Positions 8,041-17,940 of a stretch of DNA of 64,000 nucleotides are shown here, in pieces. The notes beneath the pieces are model-generated. The model was given only the letters and a program-made list of their open reading frames with translations, had not been told where the DNA came from and did not search any database. The position numbers and the translations under genes were made by a program. This DNA comes from Candidatus Afararchaeum irisae (GTDB taxonomy: Archaea; Halobacteriota; Halobacteria; Halobacteriales; Afararchaeaceae), in NCBI GenBank assembly GCA_034190545.1, contig JAXIOF010000002.1:3246-67245 (forward strand), read 5' to 3'. Positions within the stretch are counted from its first letter, which is position 1. Every line of letters begins with the position of its first letter.

Positions 8041-10827
8041 TTACAGCAGGTTCTCTATCGCGTCGTCCTCTGTGACTCCCTCGCGCTCTGCTCTGAAGTC
8101 GACTATTATACGGTGTCGGAGAACCGGAGGAGCCATTGCGTCTATGTCCTCCTCGCTGACGTGTGTGCGTCCCCTGAGGAGTGCGCGAGCCTTTGACGCG
8201 AGGACTAGACCCATGCTCGCACGTGGACTAGCGCCGTACTCTATCTGTTCGTCGTCACGCGTGTCGCCGACTATCCTTATCGCCTTGTCACGCAGGTCGT
8301 CGGCTATCGGAACCTGACGTGTGAGCTCCTGTATCTTCTGAAGCTCGTGCTGATCCATGACCTTCTGAAGCTGTATGTTGTCGTCGAGACTCTTAGTGTA
8401 TCTGTCGACTATCTCGACCTCCTCGTCGAAAGACGGGTAGTCGAGGACTATCTTCATCAGGAACCTGTCCGACTGAGCCTCTGGGAGAGGGTAGGTGTTG
8501 TGGTTAACTCCACACGCACCAAGTCCTGCGACGTAGTTGTGGCTCCCCGGGACTGAGAGACCTATGACAGAACCCTCGTACTCCTCCTTCTCTATCTGGG
8601 TTATCGGATCGTAGAAGACGTCTGAGCCGACTAGTTCTCTGAGATACTCGGTCAGGTTTTCGGCTTCCTCAACACGTGACGAGTACTCGTCGGCGACGTA
8701 CTCGACGGCTTCGGGCTCTTCCCTCTCGCCCTCGTAGGTCTTCCAGACTGCGTGTTTCGAGAGCGAGGTATTCTCGACTACCTGTGTCATCGAGACCCCA
8801 CAGCCGTCTGCTATCTCACCTACGTCCATTTCGTCTATCTCGGCGTTCTTTCTCTCATCGACCGTCTCCTCCATCTCAGTCACGAACGAGTCGAGGTAGG
8901 AGTTAGCCATACGGTCGCGTTTCGTACGTGCCCATCTGTACGAGTTGTACCAGTCCTTCGAAGACACGTCGTCTACGCCGAGCATCTCGACGAGCCTCTC
9001 GGCTGCATCGGAGTCGACAGGCGTGGTTCTGTGTGCCGAGTCGAACTCCTCGGCGTCAACGTCGGGTTCTTCACCTCGCCACTCGAACTCCTCGGTGTAC
9101 TTAGCTACGTCCTCGCCCTGTATACGTATCTCGTATGCGTCCTCTCTCTCGTATATCCACGGCAGTATACCGAAGCTGAGGAGAAGATGTGCGACGAGAT
9201 TCGTAGTCTCCCTGTCTTTCTGTTTGAACGTGATTCTCCTCCTCTCACCGTCGAAGTGTGACTCGGTGAGTACGAATATCTCAAGGAACGACCTCCTGAA
9301 CTTCTCGGGTGCGCGCAGAAGACGGTTCGGCTCGTCTATGCTGTAACGTTCTCTGAGGTAGTCGACGAAGGGCTTCGAGCTGATCTTGACTTCCTTTCCT
9401 CCCTTCTGTCTCGTCGTGTAGTCGAGTCCCAGTCTCTCGGCTATACCGATCCATCTTTCGAGCTTCTCAGTCAGGTTCTTCTGTGTGACTCTCACTCCTG
9501 TGTCGGAGACTGATCCCTCGGCGAGAACGAATCCCACGAAGAAGCCCGCCTCCTCGTCGGTCATCTCGCCGTCGAATCTGTGTACCGTGTGGGACTCGAT
9601 GTAGTCGGCTTCTCTAATCTCAGAGTCTCGAAGAGCCTCACGTATCTCTTCACCGACTCTTGTCTGAGTTCTGGAGCCGTCGAGATGTCTCAGAACCTCG
9701 TCGTACGACGCCGACGTTATCTGGGACAGCTCCTTCTTCGAGAGACCCGCCGCTGTTCTCAGACTGTCGAGTTCGTCGTGTGAGAGGTCTTCGTCCGCCC
9801 TCAGACGTTCGGTGAGACTCGCCACCTCGTCACGTCTCACGACACTGTACTCATCCCTGTCCGAGACTGAGTCGAGTGCTTCGTCGTGGCTCACGAACTC
9901 GTCGCTTCCTAACTCTAGATTACGCGGTGTCACTAGATGGTCGCCCTCGTCGAGGTTGCGCGCCTTGACCCAGCTTATGACCCCCGACCTGTTGACGAGG
10001 AAGGGATGGTTGTCCGAGACACGTATACGTCTCCCTGTCTTAGTCTCGAAGCTGTATATTTCGCCCTCGTAATCCTTCTCGTAGACCATACAGTCGGTCT
10101 CGACCATCTCTCCCTCAGGATTCAGCGTCTGTGTTGTGGCGTCGATGTCGTAGAGACGCATCTCCACCTCGTCTTCTTCATCCGTCTCTGTCTCCGTCTC
10201 TGTCTCTGTCTCCGTCTCTGTCTCTCTCTCGTGTACCACCTCACCCTTCTGTCTCGCGTGTTCGAGTGCCTCGCTCGCTTTCCAGAGCTTACCGTTCATG
10301 TAGAGACTCTCGTCGGGATGTAGACTCCCTTCCTGGTCTATCGGGTTCTGAGTCGCGAGAACGAAGAAGGGACGTGGCAGGTCGTAGGTATCACCGCTCG
10401 CTGTGACCTGTTTCTCCTGCATGGCTTCGAGGAGTGCCGCCTGTGTCTTAGGCGTCGCCCTGTTTATCTCGTCGGCGAGGACGATGTTGGCGAATATGGG
10501 ACCTTTCTGGAACTCGAACTCCTTCCTCGCCCCCGTGTCACGTATGACCTCCGTCCCGGTTATGTCCGACGGCATCAGGTCGGGGGTATTCTGTATACGT
10601 GAGAAATCGAGGTCTATGACGTCCGAGATGGTACGTATCATCAGAGTCTTACCCAGACCCGGGTTACTCTCAAGCAGAGCGTTTCCGTCGCATAACATCG
10701 TGGCGAGAACCTGTTCGAGAACCTCGTCCTGACCCACTATCTTCTTCGCTACCTCGTCCTTTACCCTCTGCATCTTCGACTGTACCTGTTGTAAGTTGTG
10801 AGAAGACCTGTCAGCCATTAGTATCAC
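8041..10827 (-). CDS. MoxR-family AAA+ ATPase (AAA_3) interrupted by a 610-aa intein
   Basis: The exteins read ...ESNPGLGKT (Walker A)...[10 protein letters not shown] (Walker B)...[14 protein letters not shown] | intein | [16 protein letters not shown].... Joining them recreates the canonical [22 protein letters not shown] block. Confidence 0.9.
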   Translation of the reverse strand: MILMADRSSHNLQQVQSKMQRVKDEVAKKIVGQDEVLEQVLATMLCDGNALLESNPGLGKTLMIRTISDVIDLDFSRIQNTPDLMPSDITGTEVIRDTGARKEFEFQKGPIFANIVLADEINRATPKTQAALLEAMQEKQVTASGDTYDLPRPFFVLATQNPIDQEGSLHPDESLYMNGKLWKASEALEHARQKGEVVHERETETETETETETETDEEDEVEMRLYDIDATTQTLNPEGEMVETDCMVYEKDYEGEIYSFETKTGRRIRVSDNHPFLVNRSGVISWVKARNLDEGDHLVTPRNLELGSDEFVSHDEALDSVSDRDEYSVVRRDEVASLTERLRADEDLSHDELDSLRTAAGLSKKELSQITSASYDEVLRHLDGSRTQTRVGEEIREALRDSEIREADYIESHTVHRFDGEMTDEEAGFFVGFVLAEGSVSDTGVRVTQKNLTEKLERWIGIAERLGLDYTTRQKGGKEVKISSKPFVDYLRERYSIDEPNRLLRAPEKFRRSFLEIFVLTESHFDGERRRITFKQKDRETTNLVAHLLLSFGILPWIYEREDAYEIRIQGEDVAKYTEEFEWRGEEPDVDAEEFDSAHRTTPVDSDAAERLVEMLGVDDVSSKDWYNSYRWARTKRDRMANSYLDSFVTEMEETVDERKNAEIDEMDVGEIADGCGVSMTQVVENTSLSKHAVWKTYEGEREEPEAVEYVADEYSSRVEEAENLTEYLRELVGSDVFYDPITQIEKEEYEGSVIGLSVPGSHNYVAGLGACGVNHNTYPLPEAQSDRFLMKIVLDYPSFDEEVEIVDRYTKSLDDNIQLQKVMDQHELQKIQELTRQVPIADDLRDKAIRIVGDTRDDEQIEYGASPRASMGLVLASKARALLRGRTHVSEEDIDAMAPPVLRHRIIVDFRAEREGVTEDDAIENLL
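8497..10326 (-). other. Intein (610 aa) with a LAGLIDADG homing-endonuclease domain, in the MoxR ATPase
   Basis: It starts with Ser (SLHPDE...). Block B is '[10 protein letters not shown]'. The LAGLIDADG-like helices are '[12 protein letters not shown]' and '[12 protein letters not shown]'. The C-terminus is '...[16 protein letters not shown]' followed by the +1 Thr. Coordinates come from my residue counting and were checked against the DNA at 8494-8499. Confidence 0.8.
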
Positions 10828-11809
10828 TTCCGCTTCTTATACGTACGTTGTATTCCTTTACGAGATCCGCGTCGTCTATCTTCTGCTGTTCCTCGAAGCC
10901 CGCTTGCTGTGACTCGACCCCACCGCCGTTGCCCGAGTATCCGCTTGAGTCGTAGTTCTCGGGTGAGGCTCCCCCTCCCGATCCGGTGCCTCCTCCGCCG
11001 CGCTGCAAAGTGGCGTCGAGGTTCTGAGATCCCGACGAGACGTCCTCTGCCTCGCCTAAGACGCTGTCGCCTGACTGGAGACCCTGGTATCCGGAGCCTC
11101 CCTGTCCACCGCCGGCTCCCCCGCCTCCGCCGCCGCCGCTCGACTGTGAGGTCGACGAATCCGAACCCAGGATTCCCGACGGCGAGTTGAGCGCGGGCTG
11201 GTCGGAGTACGTCATGTAGAAGGCTCCGATAGCCATTCCGAATATGAGGAGTATGCTGACGAATATACGTCTGTTGCTGAGGAGACCCGCGCTCGAAGTC
11301 GAACGTAGACGTTCGACGACATCGTCGTAGAGCGCGACAGCGACCGGGTTTTCGTCGTCCTCTTTCTTAGCGATGTCCCTCGCCGTCCTGAGTGCCTCCT
11401 CGACCTCGGGGTTGATAGACTCGAACTTCTCGACCTCCGAATAGACGTAGGCGCGGTAGGCGAAGCTCACGACGAAGACAAAGACTCCGACGCCGAGTGT
11501 CACGAGAGCACCCCCCGAGGGCTCTATTGGCGACTCGACAGGTGAGGCTCCGACAGACGCGAAAGCCGAGTTCACGAGAGACAGAACTGACGACGGAATC
11601 CGAACCGTGACTGAGTCGGGTATCTGGCTTATCTCGAAGAGAGCGAGAAGAAGGTTGATTGCCATCAAGACGAGAGAAGAGTCGACGACCGCGTAGATAA
11701 ACGAAGCCTTGTAGCCCTCTTGACGTATCTCCTTGAGCGCCTTACGTATCTTCTTACGCTCGTTCTCGACTGAGACTGACTCAGATCCGGAGGCGCTTGC
11801 TCCTGACAT
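10811..11809 (-). CDS. Hypothetical membrane protein with a Gly/Ser-rich low-complexity tail (MoxR operon)
   Basis: 332-aa ORF with about 4 hydrophobic helices and a long [18 protein letters not shown]... region. It overlaps the MoxR start by 17 nt. I recognised no family. Confidence 0.5.
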   Translation of the reverse strand: MSGASASGSESVSVENERKKIRKALKEIRQEGYKASFIYAVVDSSLVLMAINLLLALFEISQIPDSVTVRIPSSVLSLVNSAFASVGASPVESPIEPSGGALVTLGVGVFVFVVSFAYRAYVYSEVEKFESINPEVEEALRTARDIAKKEDDENPVAVALYDDVVERLRSTSSAGLLSNRRIFVSILLIFGMAIGAFYMTYSDQPALNSPSGILGSDSSTSQSSGGGGGGGAGGGQGGSGYQGLQSGDSVLGEAEDVSSGSQNLDATLQRGGGGTGSGGGASPENYDSSGYSGNGGGVESQQAGFEEQQKIDDADLVKEYNVRIRSGSDTNG

Positions 11810-11812
11810 AGT

Positions 11813-12394
11813 TTAGGGACCTGACGGTATCGTACAGTTTTGTGCCTGACTACATTCCACTTGTATTTTGTCTATGTAGGTGTTCAGCTCCTTTATTCTC
11901 TTCTCCTTGTTATCTATAGTTTGCTCCTTGTTATCTATAGTTTGTTCCTGTTCGTTTACCGTGGTCTGAAGCTCGTTTCTCTCCTGTCTGACTGTCTCAA
12001 GCTTCGATTCGAGTGAGTTGACACGTGACCTCGCCTGTGAGAGCTGAGCCCTCGTCTGTTCGAGTTTGTCTCTCGTCTGGCTCAGAGTCGACTGTGTCTG
12101 CTGAAGTTCGTTCTCTGTCTGTTCGAGATTACTCGTGACCTGTGAGAGATCCTGCTGTTTCGTCTCGACTTTCTGTCCGAGGTCACGAAGACGTTGTGTC
12201 CGGTTCTGGAGCGTCTGTCTGGTATTCCGAAGCTCTGTCCTGAGGTTCTGGTTCTCCTGACGTAGCTCCTCGACGTTCGAGTTGAGGTCGTTGACTGACT
12301 CCTGGTAGAATACCGTGGCTCCCGCTGTGCCGGTTATGGCGAGTCCGACGAGGAGCGTGAGAACGAGGTTGATCTTTCCGCCTATCAGACCCAT
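11813..12394 (-). CDS. Membrane-anchored coiled-coil protein (Gln/Glu-rich)
   Basis: N-terminal TM helix (LVLTLLVGLAITGTAGATVF) followed by about 150 aa of heptad-like Q/E/L/R repeats. It contains a 21-bp tandem duplication at about 11911-11952 that encodes EQTIDNK twice. Confidence 0.5.
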   Translation of the reverse strand: MGLIGGKINLVLTLLVGLAITGTAGATVFYQESVNDLNSNVEELRQENQNLRTELRNTRQTLQNRTQRLRDLGQKVETKQQDLSQVTSNLEQTENELQQTQSTLSQTRDKLEQTRAQLSQARSRVNSLESKLETVRQERNELQTTVNEQEQTIDNKEQTIDNKEKRIKELNTYIDKIQVECSQAQNCTIPSGP

Positions 12395-12471
12395 GTTTGT
12401 ATTCAGTTAGTAAGATGGTGTCCTATTTAACGTCTTGGTTGGGGATTACGTCTCGGGCTTTTACTGACTTT

Positions 12472-14958
12472 TCATCTTCTGAGTCTGGTCGGGACGACGT
12501 CGGGGAGTCTGTATCCGTATATCTCGTATATTCTCCGTGCCATGATCTCAATCAGATATATTACGAGTGCGGCGGACAGGACGATCCAGGTCACATTCTC
12601 ACGTACCTCTCTGACCTTCGTCGATCGGCTCTTGACGAACTTAGCAATAGCACTTGCCTGATTCGGTTCGAAGAGACGTCCTCCCGACGACCTGACTGCT
12701 GACCTGAGACTTTCTGAGAGTCCGAAGTCGTCGTACTCGTGGGGGTAGTTGACAGCATACTCGTCGTTCATCACCGACTTGAACCCTGTCTCGCTGGGAA
12801 CGATAGTCGCCGAGTAGGTACTCTGTCCGTCCGACTCTCCCGTCTTCGAGAAGGAGAGGTCAGACGAAGACGGCGGTGAGCTTCCCGTGTATGTGGCCCG
12901 TGTCGGCACCCCCACTCGCGTGTCGGCGACGTCGACCCCTTCGGTCTTCCTCTGTGGATCTCCTATCGCCCAGTTGACCGACTTCGAGACGAGTAACGAG
13001 TCGGGACTCGAAAGCATCCCGTCGAGACCTCCGTTGTTTCCGTAAGCGGTAAACGAGACCACCCTTCCGAGACCGTATCTCCACGATGCGACCGCGGGTC
13101 TTCCCGATCCCGACGCGACGAGGAACTCAGCACCGTCTTTCACAGTCACCTTGTGGGCATTCGCGGGATCGGCTGTCGTCTTGACCCCTCGTGTTATGAA
13201 ATGTCCCGAGTTGACCACGCTCAGACCCTGACCCTCTGGCTTCTTGTTCTCTCCTCCGAAGAAGACACGCAGACTGCTCGTCTCGTCAGCGGGGAAGAAT
13301 GTTCCGCCTCCTCTCTGGGCGATTCCTCTCATCACGTCGTCGTTGGTGTTGCCCCCGACTCCCACTGTAATCACACGTATTCCGTTGCGGTTCATCTGTC
13401 TCGCCTTGGCGAAAGCCGCGGCTTCGTCATTGCTGACTCCGTCGCTTATGAGTATGACGTTACCGGTTCCTCCCCCTAAGAGATCAGAAGCTCCCTTGAG
13501 AGCCGCCGAGAGGCTCGTCGATCCTCCGTTTTGGAGTCTGCGTATCGTGTTCTTTATCTCGGCTCTCGACCCACCCAGAGTCTGTAGGTCGGCGACCCTG
13601 TAGGCTCCCTGGTTGAACGCAATCACGCCCACCTGGTTCTCGTCGCCTAACTGTTCGATTACATCGAGAGCAAGTGCCTTCTGGACGCTCATGCTCTCGG
13701 TCGTACTTCCCGAGATATCGACTGCGAGGACGATCCTAGACGACTGGCTCGACTCCCCCATACGTACGGGAACTATGTTTCCTATAGTCGACTGGCTGTA
13801 GCCTCCCTTGTCATACGAGTTGGGTCCTCCGACGACGACAACGCCGTTTCCGTCTATGGCGTAGGTCTGGAGGGCGTTGACGTTGCCTATGTCGCCCGCC
13901 GCGACGTTCTGTATAACCACGGCGTAGTAGTCTTTGAGTTCAGACCGGCTTGGCACCGACTCAGCCGTGTCTACGTCGTAGAGGTCTTTCAGGAGGTTTT
14001 CGAGGGGGTAGTTACCGCGTGAGACGTAGAGGATCTTTGGCTTCTCGACTACCTCGACTGTCTTCCGGAAGACGTTGTTGTTGGAGAACCTGTCGCCGCC
14101 TCCTACGGTCGCGGTGATCCTGTGTGACCCCGTCGTCTCGAATGTGTGTTTGAACTCGACGCTCGTCTCCCCCGAGATGCTCTTTGAGATCTTCTGCTCG
14201 CCGTCGACGCTAACTGTGAGACTCGCTCCGCCTTTTTTTAGCCCTGTCCCCGTTACACGCGCTAAGAACCGGTTCTCGACTCCAACACTCGTCTTCGCGG
14301 GACCATGTAGACGCACAGCCCTCTCTGTCTGGGTCTGGGAGGATGTCAGATTCACGGCGTTGATGGTGGCGTTTACGCTCCTCGCGACCGACGCCGCCTG
14401 TTCGAGACTCCTTCCCGAGGTGACCCTTCCATCGGATACGAGGAGGAGGCTCCCGTTCTGTTCGAGGTTCGAGAGGACGGCGTCACCTATCCTTGAGTCG
14501 TTCCCCGAGCCTACTGTGACAGTCTCGACCGGAACGCCGTTCGACTCTATCCTCCCAGCGAGATCTGTCGCGAGTGAGTCTGCACCCGTGACATCCATGC
14601 TGTTCGATCCGTCGACGAGCATCTTGACACGCGGGTCTCCGGGTGTCTCCTTCGTCTGGACGGCGTAGGGCTGTGCGGCACCTAAGACGAGTAGAGCGAC
14701 TATCACCAGACGTGAGACGAAGACTGCCGTGCGTCTGCGTCGGCTCGCTCCTTCTATGCTCCCTCTCCAGAAGAAGACGTAGACGAGGACGAGGGCGAGC
14801 ACGGGTATGCCCACGAGTGCCACAGGATTCTCCAATCCGTAACCCGCGAACTCAACCCCCGACGTCAGACGTCGTACGAGACCACCTAAGCCGCCGATCT
14901 CGCTCACATCTACGTCGGGAACCGTCTGTGCCACGAAGCCTGAGCCTGAGACTGACAT
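12472..14958 (-). CDS. Large vWA-domain membrane protein (BatA/BatB-like)
   Basis: N-terminal and C-terminal TM helices. A clear vWA/MIDAS block is present: 'RIVLAVDISGSTTES...GGSTSLSAAL...NVILISDGVSND...ITVGVG'. An earlier 'MLVDGSNSMD' motif is also present. Confidence 0.8.
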   Translation of the reverse strand: MSVSGSGFVAQTVPDVDVSEIGGLGGLVRRLTSGVEFAGYGLENPVALVGIPVLALVLVYVFFWRGSIEGASRRRRTAVFVSRLVIVALLVLGAAQPYAVQTKETPGDPRVKMLVDGSNSMDVTGADSLATDLAGRIESNGVPVETVTVGSGNDSRIGDAVLSNLEQNGSLLLVSDGRVTSGRSLEQAASVARSVNATINAVNLTSSQTQTERAVRLHGPAKTSVGVENRFLARVTGTGLKKGGASLTVSVDGEQKISKSISGETSVEFKHTFETTGSHRITATVGGGDRFSNNNVFRKTVEVVEKPKILYVSRGNYPLENLLKDLYDVDTAESVPSRSELKDYYAVVIQNVAAGDIGNVNALQTYAIDGNGVVVVGGPNSYDKGGYSQSTIGNIVPVRMGESSQSSRIVLAVDISGSTTESMSVQKALALDVIEQLGDENQVGVIAFNQGAYRVADLQTLGGSRAEIKNTIRRLQNGGSTSLSAALKGASDLLGGGTGNVILISDGVSNDEAAAFAKARQMNRNGIRVITVGVGGNTNDDVMRGIAQRGGGTFFPADETSSLRVFFGGENKKPEGQGLSVVNSGHFITRGVKTTADPANAHKVTVKDGAEFLVASGSGRPAVASWRYGLGRVVSFTAYGNNGGLDGMLSSPDSLLVSKSVNWAIGDPQRKTEGVDVADTRVGVPTRATYTGSSPPSSSDLSFSKTGESDGQSTYSATIVPSETGFKSVMNDEYAVNYPHEYDDFGLSESLRSAVRSSGGRLFEPNQASAIAKFVKSRSTKVREVRENVTWIVLSAALVIYLIEIMARRIYEIYGYRLPDVVPTRLRR

Positions 14959-16745
14959 CAGATATCACCTCTGTACTTCATGTATCCGACCTCAGAGAGG
15001 ACGACCAGTAGTGCCAAGAGAGCTACATACGGCGTCAGGTTCACCGGGACTTCCTCTGTCGTCGTCCCCGTCGAACGCGCCGCCACCGACGACTCCTCTA
15101 TCGGCTTAGCCTTGACGTCCGACTCAGTCGAGTCGAGGAGGTTGGCGGCTATGTCGTTCTCTCCGACCGAGTAGAACCCCACCTCGTCGAAGACTAGAGT
15201 TCCCGTCGTCGTAGTCCCCGTCGGCGTGTTGACAGTCTGTGTGTCAGAGAAGGTGAGGCTGTCACCTGTCCTGACGTTCATCGACGACAGACGTTCACGT
15301 CCCGAGAGACGGTAGACGACGCGTTTCCAGAAGACGGGGTAGAGATAGTTGAACTTGAACTCGGACGACTTTTCCATGAAGCCGTAGTAGAGTTTTCTTC
15401 CCGAGACCGCTATCAGGGGCGAGCCGTCGGATGTGTTGACTATCGCGGTTCCTTCTTTGAGGCTCGCTTTGAGGTATCTGTCGGGCGACGAGAATTCTAT
15501 GCCCGCGACGAGAGGATCGTCGGAGACGACACGTGCCGAGCCACCCGACTGTACGCCGTCGGTCGAGACAGGCAGGAGGTCTCCGTACCCCACTCTCGAC
15601 AGACCTTCCTGTGCCTGTATAACGACGCCTCCGCCGTTCTCTATTGTTTCACGCCCCTTCTGTACTGTCCCCTGGAGTAGCCTGTCGGGGTTGACATTCG
15701 AGTAGACGACTATGTCGTAGCTTCCGGGTACCGAAGCCGGCGGGTTCTTCACTGTCAGACTCACCTCTTCCATCACCGAGAGCGCGGTCGAGAGGTAGGT
15801 GTTCTCGTCGTTAGTGACGAGAAGGACGTCTACCGTCGACTTCGAGGGTCCCGAGATGTAGGCGGTGTCGTCGGTGGGAAATGAGTCGCCGGGAGAGAGT
15901 CTGACCCTCGACCTACCTGTCGGTATCTCGAACTGAACAGTCTCAGAAGACCCGGGTCCGAGAGTCACCGACTCCTGTGAACCTCCGAGAGTCACCGATC
16001 TCTGTTGCTCCGACTCTCCGAAGTTGGTGACTGTGACCGAGACGGTGTTCCTGTCGTATGCCATATCCGTTATACCGACGTTCGAGTCGCCCCCTCCGTT
16101 GTACTGGTTTAGTGAGACGGGGATATCGCTCGCACGTGCCTTCTCGACCTCGATCTCCCACTCCGTCGTACCCGAGAAGTCGCTGTATACTAAGACGCGC
16201 GAGTCGTCGCTCGCTACGGATGCGGCGCGCGAGACCGCGTCGGCTAGATTACCCTGTGTGTCGGAGACGCTCAACGATTCGAGAGCACTACGTGCCTCCT
16301 CCGCTGATCCCTCGGTGAGTATGCTTCCCGACGGTCCTCCTGACACGATTACCGAGGTCGTGCTCGTGACCTCTGACTTAGCGTCGGCGACTGCTTTCTC
16401 GAACCTCGTCCCGTCTCCCGTCTGGGTCGCCATGCTTGCCGAGGCGTCTATCACTATTACTGTGTTACCCGTCTCGGCTGTCGCAGTCGTCTCGACATAC
16501 GGAGACGCGAGTGAGAGGCTTATGAGTATCAGAGCAAGAATCTGGAGAAGCAGCATCAGGTTTCTCCTCAGCCTCTCTATGACGGGGTTTGTCCCGCCCT
16601 CGTCGGTCTGTTCCGAGAGGAACTCCATAGTCGGAATTCTCAGCCTCCTCGGGTCGGGCTTTATGATGTAGAGTATTATGAGAGGTATCAGAGACGCAAG
16701 ACCCGCGAGTCCGAGCGGATTTAGGAAGAAGTCCGAGATTGCCAT
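14958..16745 (-). CDS. BatA-N-domain / vWA-domain membrane protein
   Basis: The N-terminus FLNPLGLAGLASLIPLIILYIIKPDPRRLRIPTMEFL resembles the aerotolerance-regulator N-terminal (BatA) domain. 'VIVIDASASMATQTGDGTRF' is MIDAS-like. There is a C-terminal TM helix. The stop overlaps the start of the next gene. Confidence 0.75.
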   Translation of the reverse strand: MAISDFFLNPLGLAGLASLIPLIILYIIKPDPRRLRIPTMEFLSEQTDEGGTNPVIERLRRNLMLLLQILALILISLSLASPYVETTATAETGNTVIVIDASASMATQTGDGTRFEKAVADAKSEVTSTTSVIVSGGPSGSILTEGSAEEARSALESLSVSDTQGNLADAVSRAASVASDDSRVLVYSDFSGTTEWEIEVEKARASDIPVSLNQYNGGGDSNVGITDMAYDRNTVSVTVTNFGESEQQRSVTLGGSQESVTLGPGSSETVQFEIPTGRSRVRLSPGDSFPTDDTAYISGPSKSTVDVLLVTNDENTYLSTALSVMEEVSLTVKNPPASVPGSYDIVVYSNVNPDRLLQGTVQKGRETIENGGGVVIQAQEGLSRVGYGDLLPVSTDGVQSGGSARVVSDDPLVAGIEFSSPDRYLKASLKEGTAIVNTSDGSPLIAVSGRKLYYGFMEKSSEFKFNYLYPVFWKRVVYRLSGRERLSSMNVRTGDSLTFSDTQTVNTPTGTTTTGTLVFDEVGFYSVGENDIAANLLDSTESDVKAKPIEESSVAARSTGTTTEEVPVNLTPYVALLALLVVLSEVGYMKYRGDI

Positions 16746-16869
16746 TATGAACTCGACTAACGTCTTCTCCGACTTAAGCTTTCTATATATTTGACTTCAC
16801 ATTTTCCGACTCGAATTCAGGTTTCTTCCACCGATGGCTTTAATTGTGACGCAGACAGTCTCATAGACC

Positions 16870-17133
16870 ATGCAGGACGACATCAACCGCCTAATGGGGT
16901 ACGACGTCTACTCGACCAACGGAGTCTTCGTAGGAAAGGTCGACGACGTACAGATAGACGTCAACGAGAGATCGATATCGGGTCTGGGTATCACCGACGT
17001 CAACCAGGATCTCTTCGAGAAGGAGGACACGTCTGGCAAGGGCGTAATCCTCCCGTACAGATGGGTGAGTGCGGTCGGAGACATAATACTCGTCAAGGAC
17101 GTCGTAGAACAGACCGCCGAGACTCCCGAGTAG
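16870..17133 (+). CDS. PRC-barrel domain protein
   Basis: LMGYDVYSTNGVFVGKVDDVQIDVNERSISGLGI...ILPYRWVSAVGDIILV matches the PRC-barrel pattern. Confidence 0.75.
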   Translation: MQDDINRLMGYDVYSTNGVFVGKVDDVQIDVNERSISGLGITDVNQDLFEKEDTSGKGVILPYRWVSAVGDIILVKDVVEQTAETPE

Positions 17134-17164
17134 GAAGATCAGTCGCGTTCTTCCTAACAGAGAC

Positions 17165-17494
17165 TCACCTAATATACCCGATAACTTCCTCGACCACATC
17201 ATCTACGAAATCAGATCTTAAACTTCCCTGTCTCCTCTCTATGTCCTCGTCGATAGGAGACTGTACTGCCCACGGAAGCACGTAACTCTGAAACGGCACG
17301 CCGCCTTCGTTCCAGTTCTCGGACTCGACGGTTAGAGCATCGTCGTAACCGCTCGTGGTGAGAGCCACAGCCATATACTGCTTACTCCGAAAAGGATGGG
17401 TTTGGTTGTTGAGTACGAGCCACCGTCTTCCTGCATCTTCGTCTTCCTTGAACGGATCGTCACTCCAGACTACATCACACCGAGTATAACTCAT
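17165..17494 (-). CDS. PemK/MazF-like toxin (haloarchaeal type)
   Basis: CDVVWSDDPFKEDEDAGRRWLVLNNQTHPF..YMAVALTTSGYDDALTV...SYVLPWAVQSP resembles the 'GDVVW.PDPFK...RPWLVLS...AVALTT' pattern of archaeal MazF-family toxins. It overlaps the upstream wHTH gene by 4 nt. Confidence 0.6.
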   Translation of the reverse strand: MSYTRCDVVWSDDPFKEDEDAGRRWLVLNNQTHPFRSKQYMAVALTTSGYDDALTVESENWNEGGVPFQSYVLPWAVQSPIDEDIERRQGSLRSDFVDDVVEEVIGYIR

Positions 17495-17844
17495 TCAGTC
17501 TCCTCTTCGACGGCGTGTTTCAGCCACTCTTCTTTGTCTTCTGTTCCATACCGTTCGTTTAGTGCCTCTGTGATGTTATGTGTCTGCGACGCGCTTTCGA
17601 GACGGTCTTTATCGTCGGTTATTGCCCAGTACTCCCCCTTGTGCCTGACTAATCCCTTATCCTGTAATCGGCTGAGTACCGAACCTACCGAGTTAGGGTT
17701 TACATCTGCCCTCTCGGCTATCACGGACTGTTTCCACGCTTTACCGTTGTTTTCCGCTAAGAAACGTATCACCTTCTCGGCGTTTGTCGACTCGCGTAGT
17801 CCGTCTTCGGTCTCGTTCTCGAACCGTTCGATGTCTATCGACAT
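17491..17844 (-). CDS. Winged-helix (MarR/PadR-like) DNA-binding protein, putative antitoxin or regulator
   Basis: VIRFLAENNGKAWKQSVIAERADVNPNSVGSVLSRLQDKGLVRHKGEYWAI is a wHTH. The gene is translationally coupled to the MazF-like gene. Confidence 0.6.
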   Translation of the reverse strand: MSIDIERFENETEDGLRESTNAEKVIRFLAENNGKAWKQSVIAERADVNPNSVGSVLSRLQDKGLVRHKGEYWAITDDKDRLESASQTHNITEALNERYGTEDKEEWLKHAVEEETE

Positions 17845-17940
17845 GTACGTGATGTACTAAATTTCCTAATGTAATATATGTACTGGCTGTATATGTAGTC
17901 GTCACAGTAAAAATCTCGGATCTGAGAAGCCTACTCGGTC

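Noticed and set aside
16791-17285. 164-aa plus-strand ORF that overlaps the PRC-barrel gene in another frame
   Set aside because: It is Arg-rich and low in complexity. The 87-aa in-frame alternative (16870-17133) has a clear PRC-barrel pattern.
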